Shown here piece after piece: positions 10,501-23,860 of a stretch of DNA of 64,000 nt. The position numbers and the translations under genes are program-made. Each line of letters begins with the position of its first letter. Within the stretch, counting starts at the first letter, position 1. Under the pieces are notes generated by a model. It saw nothing but the letters and a program-made list of their open reading frames with translations. It did not search any database and was not told the DNA's origin. The DNA comes from Amphiscolops sp. MND2022 (taxonomy: Eukaryota), in the NCBI GenBank assembly GCA_964187785.1, contig OZ076409.1, positions 99,078,001 through 99,142,000 of the forward strand. Reading direction: 5' to 3'.

Positions 10501-13500
10501 CATAATTAACATGCTTTTGTTTCAGTAAATTACAGTTAGTTTAATATTAAAAAGAACTCACATTTTGCCAACCCTAACGGATAATAATACAACAACTATT
10601 TCTTTCTGACTCATTCAATGATGTTCAACAAGTAAATCAAGTTAATGCTCAAGCACAACTTCGAAATTATAGTGATGCTGGTCCAAACAACCAAACCTCA
10701 TAATGACGGAGCGCTACTGAAAAAAAAATGGTGCATGAACGATGATATTCATTAATGTCATTGTATTGTTTGAAATTGAATCATTTTTCATTTATTTGAT
10801 AATCAAATAGAATAACGTCACATTACGTCAAAAATAAGAAAAATGTTTCTGTATGGATTATTGATTGTAATACTAGTGTAGAACGGAAAAAATAACTGTG
10901 AATGAGTCAGGGCTTTTTACTTTGATGACGTTACATGTTAGTCCTCATGACGGTACATGCGATTATTGTTTCGCACACTCTCAAAAAACTAATAACTTGA
11001 AGAACCTACAAGATAAATGTATGTACAAGAAAAACGAATATATTCAAAGATGTCCAGAAACATCCAAAGTGAGAAGTTCGTGCATTCGAAAGATTTGTCG
11101 TAGTTCGAGTGGAAGGTACTGCTCACGTGCTATTGGTATTTACGAAATTAAAAGAAGAAAGTAGTCAGTTGTTAACACACAAGTCTAACGCCCGGGATGT
11201 GTGTTTTGCTACGATGTCCGTGAGTGTTAGGCTTGCTAAAAAAGTCAAAATCATCTTTGTTCAACAGAAGATCCTCTGGTTCCATGCGCAAGATTTTATA
11301 TGTATAAGCTACCGCCAGCAGATGTTAATATTTGTAGTTACGTTTTCTTGCCACGAAGTTCCAACTGATTGAAGCAGTTCTCCGTGATAAAGCTTGTGGG
11401 GGAATGTTTGACTCACAATGTAAAACGTCACGGTGTCCATGTCTGGTAGCTGATTCTCAAACTCATTGGGTTTTGAAATTCCCTTCAGTTATGATGAGGG
11501 GAAGTAAACGTGTAACAGATGCGGATTCAGTCAAATTCAGCTCAATGTCTTCACTAAACTGACGTTACATGCGAACAAAACCTCGCACCAATTAAACAAT
11601 GATGCTATAGAAACATACGATATGGAGGATTGTGTCCAACAATGGTGTGAGAGCATCATCACAACCCAAAAATTTCTCATAATTGACTGGTTTAAACCGG
11701 CCAAAAAACGAAGACGGAAAAGCGAATAGTGGAAGTTTTTCAAACCATGTTTCTAGTTTATTTCCAGCTTCACATTTATGAGATCAACAAAATAGTTTGA
11801 TATACCGCCCTAAGAATATAAGAACTCGAAAGATGTCAGTAACTGAGGCATTCAACAGGGCGTCTTACTGAAAAGCTGTGATTTTAGATAACAAAGCTGG
11901 CATGTTATTCATAAAGTTATTAAACATGTTGTTTAACATTCAATTTAACTAACAATGTAATTGTTTTTTTAACGTCTGTTATTGATTTCTTGAGAAATGC
12001 AGTATTGTACAAACAAATGGTCTGTGGTTCTATTGGATCATCGGTAGCAAGGATCAACGATGGACCCAGTCAAATTCGCCATGGCATGGAGTATGTTAAC
12101 TTATGCAACAAAGATGCAGCCCCAGTTGTCTCAAAGTACGTTGCAAAAATTGCACCATATTCTGCAATTCTGTTTTGCGCAAACTACTCTGAATTATAGC
12201 CAGCAGCATAATGGAAGCCAGGAAAAAATGGGATTCAATCCGGTGTTGGTGGAACATGCTATGAGAATTGTGGGCTACAACCCAGCTTCGATGTTTGTTT
12301 TCCACGCTGGCATTTACCAATGGAAAGCTAAGAGGTCAACTCGGCGTTGATAAAGCTGGAACACTCACATTTCTCTTCATACAATCAAATCTTTTTCATC
12401 TGAAACAAATAACATTTCTAACATAATTAACATGCTTTTGTTTCAGTAAATTACAGTTAGTTTACTATTAAAAAGAACTCACATTTTGCCAACCCTGACG
12501 GAAATAAATACAACAACTATTTCTTTCTGACTCAAACAATGATGTTCAACAAGTAAATCAAGTTAATGCTCAAGCACAACTTCGAAATTATAGTGATGCT
12601 GCTCCAAACAACCAAACCTCATAATGACGGAGGCTCTACTGGGAAAATTAAATTGTGCACGAACGATGATATTAATGTCATTGTATTGTTTGAAATTGAA
12701 TCATTTTTCATTTATTTGATAATCAAATAGAATAACGTCACATTACGTCAAAAATAAGAAAAATGTTTCTGTATGGATTAATGATTGTAATACTATTGTA
12801 GAACGAAACAAGTAACTGTGAATGAGTAAGTGCTTTTTACTCTGATGACATTACATGTTCTTCCTCCTGACGGTACATGCGATTATTGTTTCGCACACTC
12901 TCAAAACCTAATAACTTGAAGAACCTACAAGATAATTGTATGTACAAGAAAAAGAATATATTCAAAGATGTCCAGAATCATCCAAAGTGAGAAGTTCGTA
13001 CATTCGAAAGATTTGTCGTAGTTCGAGTGGAAGGTACTGCTCACGTGCTATTGGTATTTACGAAATTAAAAGAAGAAAGTAGTCAGTTGTTAACACACAA
13101 GTCTAACGCCCGGGATGTGTGTTTTGCTACTATGTCCGCGAGTGTTAGGCTTGCTAAAAAAGTCAAAATCATCTTTGTTCAACAGAAGATCCTCTGGTTC
13201 CATGCGCAAGATTTTATATGTATAAGCTACCGCCAGCAGATGTTAATATTTGTAGTTACGTTTTCTTGCCACGAAGTTCCAACTGATTGAAGCAGTTCTC
13301 CGTGATAAAGCTTGTGGGGGAATGTTTGACTCACAATGTAAAACGTCACGGTGTCCATGTCTGGTAGCTGATTCTCAAACTCATTGGGTTTTGAAATTCC
13401 CTTCAGTTATGATGAGGGGAAGTAAACGTGTAACAGATGCGGATTCAGTCAAATTCAGCTCAATGTCTTCACTAAACTGACGTTACATGCGAACAAAACC

Positions 13501-16500
13501 TCGCACCAATTAAACAATGATGCTATAGAAACATACGATATGGAGGATTGTGTCCAACAATGGTGTGAGAGCATCATCACAACCCAAAAATTTCTCATAA
13601 TTGGCTGGTTTAAACCGGCCAAAAAACGAAGACGGAACAGCTAATAGTGGAAATTTTTCGAACCATGTTTCTAGTTTATTTCCAGCTTCACATTAATGAG
13701 ATCAACAAAATAGTTTGATATACCGCCCTAAGAATATAAGAACTCGAAAGATGTCAGTAACTGAGGCATTCAACAGGGCGTCTTACTGAAAAGCTGTGAT
13801 TTTAGATAAAGCTGGCATGTTATTCATAAAGTTATTAAACATGTTGTTTAACATTCAATTTAACTAACAATGTAATTGTTTTTTTTTAACGTCTGTTATT
13901 GATTTCTTGAGAAATGCAGTATTGTACAAACAAATGGTCTGTGGTTCTATTGGATCATCGGTAGCAAGGATCAACGATGGACCCAGTCAAATTCGCCATG
14001 GCATGGAGTATGTTAACTTATGCAACAAAGATGCAGCCCCAGTTGTCTCAAAGTACGTTGCAAAAATTGCACCATATTCTGCAATTCTGTTTTGCGCAAA
14101 CTACTCTGAATTATAGCCAGCAGCATAATGGAAGCCAGGAAAAAATGGGATTCAATCCGGTGTTGGTGGAACATGCTATGAGAATTGTGGGCTACAACCC
14201 AGCGTCGATTTTTGTTTTCCACGCTGGCATTTACCAATGGAAAGCTAAGAGGTCAACTCGGCGTTGAAAAAGCCGGAAAACTCACATTTCTCTTCATACA
14301 ATTTAATCTTTTTCATCTGAAATAAATAAAAATTTTCAACATAAATAACGTGCTTTTTTCAGCCAGTAAGTTACAGTTAGTTTACTATTAAAAAGAATTC
14401 ACATTTTGCCAACCCTGACGGATGATAATACAACATCTATTTCTTTCTGACTCATTCAACGATGTTCAACCAATAAATCAAGTTAATGCTCAAGCACAAC
14501 TTCGAAGTTATAGTGATGCTGCTCCAAACAACCAAACCTCATAATGACTGAGGCTCTACTGGAAAAATGAAATGGTGCATGAACGATGATATTCATTAAT
14601 GTCATTGTATTGTTTGAAATTGAATCATTTTTCATTTATTTGATAATCAAATAGAATAACGTCACATTACGTCAAAAATAAGAAAAATGTTCCTGTATGG
14701 ATTAATAATTGTAATACTAGTGTAGAACGGAAAAAGTAACTGTGAATGAGTCAGGGCTTTTCACTTTGATGACGTTACATGTTAGTCCTCATGACGGTAC
14801 ATGCGATTATTGTTTCGCACACTCTCAAAAAACTAATAACTTGAAGAACCTACAAGATAAATGTATGTACAAGAAAAAAGAATATATTCAAAGATGTCCA
14901 GAAACATCCAAAGTGAGAAGTTCGTGCATTCGAAAGATTTGTGGTAGTTCGAGTAGAAGGTACTGCTCACGTGCTATTGGTATTTACGAAATTAAAAGAA
15001 GAAAGTAGTCAGTTGTTAACACACAAGTCTAACGCCCGGGATGTGTGTTTTGCTACGATGTCCGTGAGTGTTAGGCTTGCTAAAAAAGTCAAAATCATCT
15101 TTGTTCAACAGAAGATCCTCTGGTTCCATGCGCAAGATTTTATATGTATAAGCTACCGCCAGCAGATGTTAATATTTGTAGTTACGTTTTCTTGCCACGA
15201 AGTTCCAACTGATTGAAGCAGTTCTCCGTGATAAAGCTTGTGGGGGAATGTTTGACTCACAATGTAAAACGTCACGGTGTCCATGTCTGGTAGCTGATTC
15301 TCAAACTCATTGGGTTTTGAAGCTCCCTTCAGTTATGATGAGGGGAAGTAAACGTGTAACAGATGCGGATTCAGTCAAATTCAGCTCAATGTCTTCACTA
15401 AATTGACGACACATGCAAACAAAACCTCGCACCAATTAAACAATGATGCTATAGAAACATACGATATGGAGGATTGTGTCCAACAATGGTGTGAGAGCAT
15501 CATCACAACCCAAAAATTTCTCATATTTGGCTGGTTTAAACCGGCCAAAAAACGAAGACGGAACATCTAATAGTGGAAATTTTTCGAACCATGTTTCTAG
15601 TTTATTTCCAGCTTCACATTTATGAGATCAACAAAATAGTTTGATATACCGCCCTAAGAATATAAGAACTCGAAAGATGTCAGTAACTGAGGCATTCAAC
15701 AGGGCGTCTTACTGAAAAGCTGTGATTTTAGATAACAAAGCTGGCATGTTATTCATAAAGTTATTAAACATGTTGTTTAACATGCAATTTAACTAACAAT
15801 GTAATTGTTTTTTTTAACGTCTGTTATTGATTTCTTGAGAAAAGCAGTATTGTACAAACAAATGGTCTGTGGTTCTATTGGATCATCGGTAGCAAGGATC
15901 AACGATGGACCCAGTCAAATTCGCCATGGCATGGAGTATGTTAACTTATGCAACAAAGATGCAGCCCCAGTTGTCTGAAAGTACGTTGCAAAAATTGCAC
16001 CATATTCTGCAATTCTGTTTTGCGCAAACTACTCTGAATTACCGCCAGCAGCATAATGGAAGGCAGGCAAAAAAAATGGGATTCAATCCGGTGTTGGTGG
16101 AACATGCTATGGGAATTGTGGGCTACAACCCAGCTTCGATGTTTGTTTTCCACGCTGGCATTTACCAATGGAAAGCTAAGAGGTCAACTCGGCGTTGATA
16201 AAGCCGGAACACTAACATTTCTCTTCATACAATCAAATCTTTTTCATCTGAAATAAATAACATTTCTAACAATTAACATGCTTTTGTTTCAGTAAATTAC
16301 AGTTAGTTTAATATTAAAAAGAACTCACAATTTGCCAACCCTAACGGATAATAATACAACAACTATTTCTTTCTGACTCATTCAATGATGTTCAACAAGT
16401 AAATCAAGTTAATGCTCAAGCACAACTTCGAAATTATAGTGATGCTGCTCCAAACAACCAAACCTCATAATGACGGAGCTCTACTGGAAAAATGAAATGG

Positions 16501-17931
16501 TGCATGAACGCTGATATTCATTAATGTCATTGTATTGTTTGAAATTGAATCATTTTTCATTTATTTGATAATCAAATAGAATAACGTCACATTACGTCAA
16601 AAATAAGAAAAATGTTTCTGTATGGATTAATGATTGTAATACTAGTGTAGAACGGAAAAAGTAACTGTGAATGAGTCAGGGCTTTTTACTTTGATGACGT
16701 TACATGTTAGTCCTCATGACGGTACATGCGATTATTGTTTCGCACACTCTCAAAAAACTAATAACTTGAAGAACCTACAAGATAAATGTATGTACAAGAA
16801 AAAAGAATATATTCAAAGATGTCCAGAAACATCCAAAGTGAGAAGTTCGTGCATTCGAAAGATTTGTCGTAGTTCGAGTGGAAGGTACTGCTCACGTGCT
16901 ATTGGTATTTACGAAATTAAAAGAAGAAAGTAGTCAGTTGTTAACACACAAGTCTAACGCCCGGGATGTGTGTTTTGCTACGATGTCCGTGAGTGTTAGG
17001 CTTGCTAAAAAAGTCAAAATCATCTTTGTTCAACAGAAGATCCTCTGGTTCCATGCGCAAGATTTTATATGTATAAGCTACCGCCAGCAGATGTTAATAT
17101 TTGTAGTTACGTTTTCTTGCCACGAAGTTCCAACTGATTGAAGCAGTTCTCCGTGATAAAGCTTGTGGGGGAATGTTTGACTCACAATGTAAAACGTCAC
17201 GGTGTCCATGTCTGGTAGCTGATTCTCAAACTCATTGGGTTTTGAAATTCCCTTCAGTTATGATGAGGGGAAGTAAACGTGTAACAGATGCGGATTCAGT
17301 CAAATTCAGCTCAATGTCTTCACTAAACTGACGTTACATGCAAACAAAACCTCGCACCAATTAAACAATGATGCTATAGAAACATACGATATGGAGGATT
17401 GTGTCCAACAATGGTGTGAGAGCATCATCAGAACCCAAACATTTCGCGTAATTGGCTGGCCAAAAAACGAAGACGGAACAGCTAATAGTGGAAATTTTTC
17501 AAACCATGTTTCTAGTTTATTTCCAGCTTCACATTTATGAGATCAACAAAAGAGTTTGATATACCGCTCTGAGAATATAAGAATTCGAAAGATGTCAGCA
17601 ACTGAGGCATTTAACAGAGCGTCTTACTGCAGAGCTGTGATTTTAGATAACAAGGTTGGCATGTTATTCAACAAGTTATTAAACATGTTATTTAACATGC
17701 AATTTAACTAACAATGTAATTGATTTTTTCTAACATTTGTTATTGATTTCTGAAGAAATGCAGTATTGTATAAACAAATGGTCTGTGGATCTATTGGATC
17801 ATCGGTACCAAGGATCAACGATGTACCCAGTCGAAATTCGCCATGGCATGGAGTATGTTAACTTATGCAACAAAAATGTAGCCCCAGTTGTCTCAAAGTA
17901 CGTTGCAAAAATTGCACCATATTTTGAAATT
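7503..17931. repeat. Tandem array of a ~1.92 kb unit, ~5.4 copies
   Basis: Anchor TATGTATAAGCTACCGCCAGCAGATG recurs at ~7503, 9374, 11299, 13217, 15143 and 17068; near-identical short ORFs repeat in the ORF track; the array stops abruptly at ~17931. Confidence 0.97.
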
Positions 17932-18075
17932 CTCCTCTTATTTCATTTCTTAGTAAAAAAATGGGCCAAATATGAAAGGAGCCAAAGTTTGCTCAAAGGT
18001 TTTTTGGCAAGAATTTTACTCAATTAATTGGGACTATGGAAGGCGTTGATGCAGATAACGAACTGAATGAAGCGC

Positions 18076-18314
18076 CTACCAGTTGAGATAAGGCAAGGCC
18101 AGTTTCTGTTGAGGTTGCACTTTGGGGATGAGGTCATAGGGGAAGGTGAGGACCACGTAGGGGTCAGAGGCGTGGTCTGGGTCCTGGGGCACCGGGGGCT
18201 GGAAGTACCCGATGACCCCCAAGTGGTCCGACCTCACATCAGCAGAGGGGGCCGGGTTGAGGCGTGGCACCACTTCGAACGGAGAACTCGACCGGGATCG
18301 ATTGGAGGAGGCAC
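18076..18314 (-). CDS. Exon 2 of a proline-rich PPxY-motif protein gene (ends at TAG, or splices onward at AACTG|gtaggc)
   Basis: Acceptor gattag|GT at 18314, phase-compatible with exon 1; GC-rich open frame ASSNRSRSSSPFEVVPRLNP...KLALPYLNW. Confidence 0.7.
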
Positions 18315-19299
18315 CTAATCAGACATTGGTGGTAATAAATAATTGAGTGAAAAATAGTTTCAATAATTATTGAATCGATAACTTATTGGCGTCCATTCGC
18401 AATGCCAATTATTTGTTTTTACCAATTATTTCACAATAATTCGAACTTCAAATTTTGAAGCAATGAAATATGTTGTTCGCAGCTGATGATCATCGGAATA
18501 GTCTTACTTTCCTAGTTCCAGTGCATTTGAAACAAAATTTGTTTGAGAAATTCGATCGAAATCGTTGAAGCCCAGAAACTGTTGATAAAATTTCCTCACG
18601 TGAACCTGATGCTTCTTGATTATTTCAAATTGAAGTTGAATTCAGTCTTCGGAACAATATTTAAATATGAAAAATTATTCCAATAATTGCAATTATTTAT
18701 TTAGAACCGAACGCCGTAAAAATAACTTATTTTTCAGTATGAATATTATTGCAATCATTATTCACCAAGGTTTGCACCTAAAAAATCAAAAAACCTATGT
18801 TTAGAGCAGAGATTTGACACCGTTAATCAGCGATTTAGCGAATTAGCAGCCGAGCAGACTTTTTTCAGCGATTTTATTAGCGATTCAAACTAGCGGCCAC
18901 TAATAGATTGTCCAAATTCGAAGTTTCTTCTGAAAATAAAGAGTTTTAGAATGAATTTTGAAAAATTCCAACTCTTACCCTTGTAAAACCTACACATTAT
19001 GAAAAATTCTAGTCTTTTTTCTTGCAAAAACTAAATTTTAAAACATACTTGAAGTTGAACATTTAATAGTTTGTAGAAAAAGTTTTTCAGCGAAATAGCG
19101 ATTTTAAAATTAGTGGTTTAGCGATTAGCGAAAACAAACCCCGGTTGAAAGAAATCGAATTTTTCCACAGGTATTGAGCAAGACATGTATTGGCGATGTC
19201 AAAGCAGTGGAGATGTCAAAACACATACAAGAATATGTCCCGAGATAAAACTACCTGTTTGGGAATTTTGACACCACGACGTATATCTCAAGATAAGTA

Positions 19300-19519
19300 C
19301 AGTTGAATCCGCCTAATTCGTATCGCCATGGACCGAATAAACTCCAGTGGAAGCTTCTTATATGGGACGACTCGGGAGCGGGAATTCTTGTCTACTTTAT
19401 CCGTTGTCTTTCATATCAGTAGTGCAATTGACCGGGCCAGGCAGGCCAAGGGACCGAAGTATGCGTGCCAATTAAGCATTGTCTCTTATACGCAGTTCCC
19501 ATGTAAGCGGCTTCCACTG
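19300..19519. mobile_element. Tc1/mariner-pogo-type MITE
   Basis: Imperfect TIRs CAGTTGAATCCGCCTAA ... TAAGCGGCTTCCACTG flanked by TA on both sides. Confidence 0.6.
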
Positions 19520-19876
19520 TAGCACGAATAGTGAGAAATACGAATTACCCGGATGATCTTACTTTGGTTGTAGCGATATCGGGGTTTCAGATACATACGA
19601 AATAAACGAAGAGCCCGGTTTAATTCATACGCACGGTCGCACTGACACATAATCTCTTTTCACTGAAACACCCGTAATATAACAAGGGCACAAAATCTTT
19701 TCTTTTTACACCAAATCCCGGTTTCAGTACGCGCAGTCCTTATTCTACATTCAACTCCGCTTATAACGACTGCCCGGGGACCGGCGTTTTTAAATAGTTA
19801 TATCCGAATATCGTTGAAGGCGAAAATCGTTATATACTAGCACGTGAAACTATCGCTGTAACCGGAATATCGTTTT

Positions 19877-20865
19877 AACAAGCCGGGACCGGCCCAAGTC
19901 GGCGCCATATCTAAGGCTCAAAAAAAGCAAAAGGACTTCAAAGTGTCAAAGTATTCTCTTCTACAGTACCTGAAAAACCCAAAAAGTTGGACCGAATTGG
20001 CGCGCCGGGGTTCGGACCCTTTCGGATTTTTCAACACCCATTTTGCAAAACATCAAAAAAATCGAAAGGGGACCCTTTGGTGAATTTGTTTTCCGGAAAA
20101 AAGTCACAGTGTCGAAAAAAAACAATGCCGAAAGTGGGAAACCCTTTAGTCTCTCCCTGTATTGTATGTTACGCGGAAAACGAGGAAAAACCTTTTTGGT
20201 TGAGTTCGCTAGGCCAAATGATTCAATTTGGGACCATAAAATTGCGAACTTTTAAGAACTATTTTGGTCAGTTCGTGTGGATTGAAAAAAGTCACTGTAA
20301 TAGTCGCGTTTCACTTCATGAAGCGCCGACTAAAAACGTAATCATTAACAAGCCGGGAACGGCCAAAGTCGGCGCTATATCTAAGGTTCAAAATTGTAAA
20401 AGGGGGACCCTTTGGGCTTTGTGAAACTCCAGTTGGTTGCAAAATATGAAAAAAATTAGGGGGTGACCGGTCTTTAAAATTAAAGAGCTAAAAAAATTTA
20501 AATAAGATTTTTGAACAGTGTCACAGTGCCGAAAAATGTAAAAGGGATTTTTTTGAGATCCATTGTGTTGCAAAATATCGAAACAAACGAAGGGGAGACC
20601 CTTTGGTGAAATCCAAAAAAAAGTGTGTGCCAAAAAAATCCGAGTGAAAAACACCAAAGGGGCATCCTATGTTTTCGAGGTTCTGTACGTCGATGTTTTT
20701 GTTTTCGACGAGGTTCTGGCGTTTCGAGTATGTTTTGGAGGTCCGTAGTTCAAGTTGATGATGTTGAACAAATGAACAAGAAAGTGGACCGATCGCGTTG
20801 AACTGACGAAAAAAAACTAGCCACTGTAAGAGTCGTGTATTTTCTTCGAATACGTCGACTAAAAA
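19877..20865 (-). mobile_element. Two tandem HINE family A copies (19877-20336, 20347-20865)
   Basis: Each has AACAAGCCGGGA..GGCC..AGTCGGCGC at the left and (G)CGACTAAAAA at the right. Confidence 0.8.
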
Positions 20866-20903
20866 GTCAAACGAAGATCCGAAATGTTCGGAGTTGACTG
20901 TAC

Positions 20904-21090
20904 CTGTTTGTGGTTCATAAGGTGGCTGGGGAGGTAGAAGGTGTCCCAAGTGTGGGTACCCCACTGCCTCCTCGTAGCTGGGGGGAGCAGAGGGCAGGGG
21001 CACGGGCAACGAGGTGGCATAGCAGCGCTGCCCCCCGCCGTTCCTTGGGTCGCTGTTTGGGTCAGGCGGCGCCGGTTCCTTCCACGACAT
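20904..21090 (-). CDS. Exon 1 of a proline-rich PPxY-motif protein gene
   Basis: ATG at 21090, MSWKEPAPPDPNS...PSAPPSYEEAVGY...PPYEPQT, phase-1 donor ACAG|gtacag at 20904; GC-rich against AT-rich flanks. Confidence 0.7.
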
Positions 21091-22809
21091 TTATCACCTA
21101 ATGCCACAACCCTGATGATTCATCATGAACTACCCTGAAAATGTACACAGTTGATACTCCCGTCCAACCATCTGTTTTGAGCCATCAACGTTGTCTCGGA
21201 GAAGTTTAACTCGGAAAATTCAACTACCGAAGGCTTCGTCTTGACATTAGGCTCTTGTGTTTTAATTGCACTAGTTTGACACAGAGGCGAAGCCGTGCTT
21301 CGCAAACATTTGTGGAGAAAGTTGTGAACTTTTGAAGAGAAAACCAAATGAGCAATATCATACGGAGAACCAAGGGTTAAGGAGTCGAGTCGGCCGATTT
21401 TCCTTCTAGTTTCCAAAAGGACACTAGTGTTAAAACTTTACAGCGGCAAAAAATACCCGAAGGGATAGGCTTAAGACTCGAAAACCACTTTTTCTCCAAT
21501 TGGAAACAACAAAAAACCATAATTCTCAACCAAAATTCAGAAAAAAAATCAAATTTTTCGAAATTGTTTTTGATGAAGATCTTCGGTTAGTCGCATAGAG
21601 TCGAAAACACTAAGGAGTCCTTTATGCTCACAAAACGTTTCGTTTCTAGTAAAAATTGAGGGGGGGGCTTCGATGAAAACAAAGAAGATCGCATAGAAAA
21701 AACGCCGGTCTTGAAAAAAAAAACTAAATTCGTATATCGCGTCCTGGGCCTGAGAAAACCTAATTTAAGAAAAATTTCACGATGCCGAAAACAGTAAAAA
21801 AAAGGGGGAGCTTTGAGATTTTTAAACATCCATTCTGTTGCAAAATGAAAATTTCGAAAAACAACAAAAAAATGAGAATATTGAAGTCTCGTAGTGCCTA
21901 AAAATCTGAAAGAAGGTACCCTTTGGGATTATTTAACATTCGTTCTGTTGCAAAATATCAAAAAAACTGAAGGGAGGAACCTTTGGTGATATTTAAAAAT
22001 TTTTGAAAAAAACGTCTCATAAAGCCGAAAAAGGGAGGGCGGAGTCTGACAGTGCCTAAAAAAAGTAGAAACCTTCTGCTTCGGAATGCTTGTGAAAAAA
22101 TTAGCGCGGCTCTTTTCTATCCCCCCCCCCCCACAAAAATTTTGGAAGTAAATATCCTAAAAACTTTAGACTAGCCTAATTAAAAGTAAAACCTCATTTC
22201 ATAATGGGAAAATAACGTCTATTGAAATAGTTTTTTGCTTGAACAAAACATTGTTCACGCTTTTTGACTATAATTGTGTTCGTATTAAGTGTTTATTGAT
22301 GACTCAAAACAGGAAGCTGTTGATTTCTTCATCAAAAATGCGTGACTACATATTGAAAACTGTCACACGAATGATAAATGTAAATTTGAAGCTTTCTGGT
22401 TTGTATCCAAGTCTTTTTGTTATACGATTTGCACTAAAAAATTGGCGGTGGGGGGGACAGAAAAAAGCCATTAGCGCAGACGCACCGGTTCAAACACGAA
22501 CCCTCCGGGTTGTAAAGCAAGCATCTTACCACAAGACCTCGGACGCCTGAACTGCGTGTGTTGCGGACTGAAACGAGTTGTCGCGCGGAAAAAAAGAATC
22601 CGCACTTTCCCAAAACACTTGCTTATTGCAAGTGTAATTACAGTTTGAGTATAATATTAGAGCATGGTAAAATGTTTAGGAAAAATCGATTATCCATGAA
22701 ATCAGAAAATGAAACAACCCGAAATAGTATTTTGCAAACTTGAAATTTTGCTAGAATCCAGCGATGCGAGGCAAACTAAATTTTCAAACTTAGTCGCTAG
22801 TTATAACTA

Positions 22810-22987
22810 CAGTGGATCCCGGATATATATAAGAAACTCGCTTATAAGAAATACCAGCTTATAGTCAATGCGTATCTTGGCCCCGAATGGCAATTTCATT
22901 CCTTTTAAGACCCGGATATAAGAAAATTCGGTTATAAGAAACACCAATAGTCGTTCCCCTGACGTTGATTATATCCGGGATCCACTG
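22810..22987. mobile_element. Tc1/mariner-pogo-type MITE
   Basis: Perfect TIR CAGTGGATCCCGGATATA / TATATCCGGGATCCACTG with TA target duplication. Confidence 0.85.
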
Positions 22988-23400
22988 TACTAGTTCGTCA
23001 ACAACCGTTGCCATCCAAAAACAAACATCTCAGTAGTTGCTTTGAGCTGCGTAGAAAAATTCCAAGCTAACACCATCGTCTATGGTCCATCGAGCAAATG
23101 TTCAGAGCAAAGTGGAAAAATAGTCCTTTAGACTAATTTCAATGTTACAGCTTACAGAAGTTGAAAGGAGGCGATTCAATCCAATTCAGCAACGTTACTT
23201 CAAGTTAGAGGTTCGACATCGCCAGTTAGGTTATCATACAATTTCGAAAGATACTCGAAGTGAAAAATTCGATAGTTTGGGGAAACACTTTTTCAGCGAA
23301 TGCCGAGTCACACAACCGAGGCTCTTTTCTGGAGTGGAAATATTATAACAAAAAGATATGAATACAAACCATACACATCCAATATTAAATGTATTTCAAG

Positions 23401-23860
23401 CAGTGTTGATTATTTTTAATCGTCGTTTAAACGCCGTTTAACCGGTGTTTAAACGATTTCGAGTGTTTAAAGAAATTTAAAGTGGCTAGCGTTTAAACGC
23501 TCAGCGTTTAAACTCTGGTTAATTCTCCGAATTGTCTTGAAATTCTGAATTTAACATTCACTTGAATTATAATTCGGAATTTTAGGAATTATTTTAAGAA
23601 CTTTACCGTCGCCGGCATTCTGTGAGGAAAATTTTTCTCGGGCAGCGTTACTCTCAGAGGGACGCCGTTGCAGGTTGTCAATGGATTCCATAAAAAACCG
23701 ATTGATTTTGCTATAAATTAATCAAATTATGAAATTCAATTTGATTAATTGGAAATCTTTTGCCCGCGTTTCTTGGCGAGCGTTTAAATAGTGTTTATAT
23801 TTTTCATCAGCGTTTAAATGCTTGTTCAGCGTTTAAAAATCATTTAAACGATCAACACTG
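23401..23860. mobile_element. hAT-type MITE
   Basis: TIR CAGTGTTGAT / ATCAACACTG; 8-bp TSD ATTTCAAG at 23393-23400 and 23861-23868; repeated subterminal GCGTTTAAA motifs. Confidence 0.85.

Noticed and set aside
12228..12350. UBA-like motif MGFNPVLVEHAMRIVGYN in the 1.92-kb unit
   Set aside because: Only the MGF motif and one helix resemble UBA, the third helix is not evident and the frame is broken; too weak to call.
22465..22555. tRNA gene (minus strand)
   Set aside because: B box and stems are degenerate; at most a SINE or tRNA-derived remnant.
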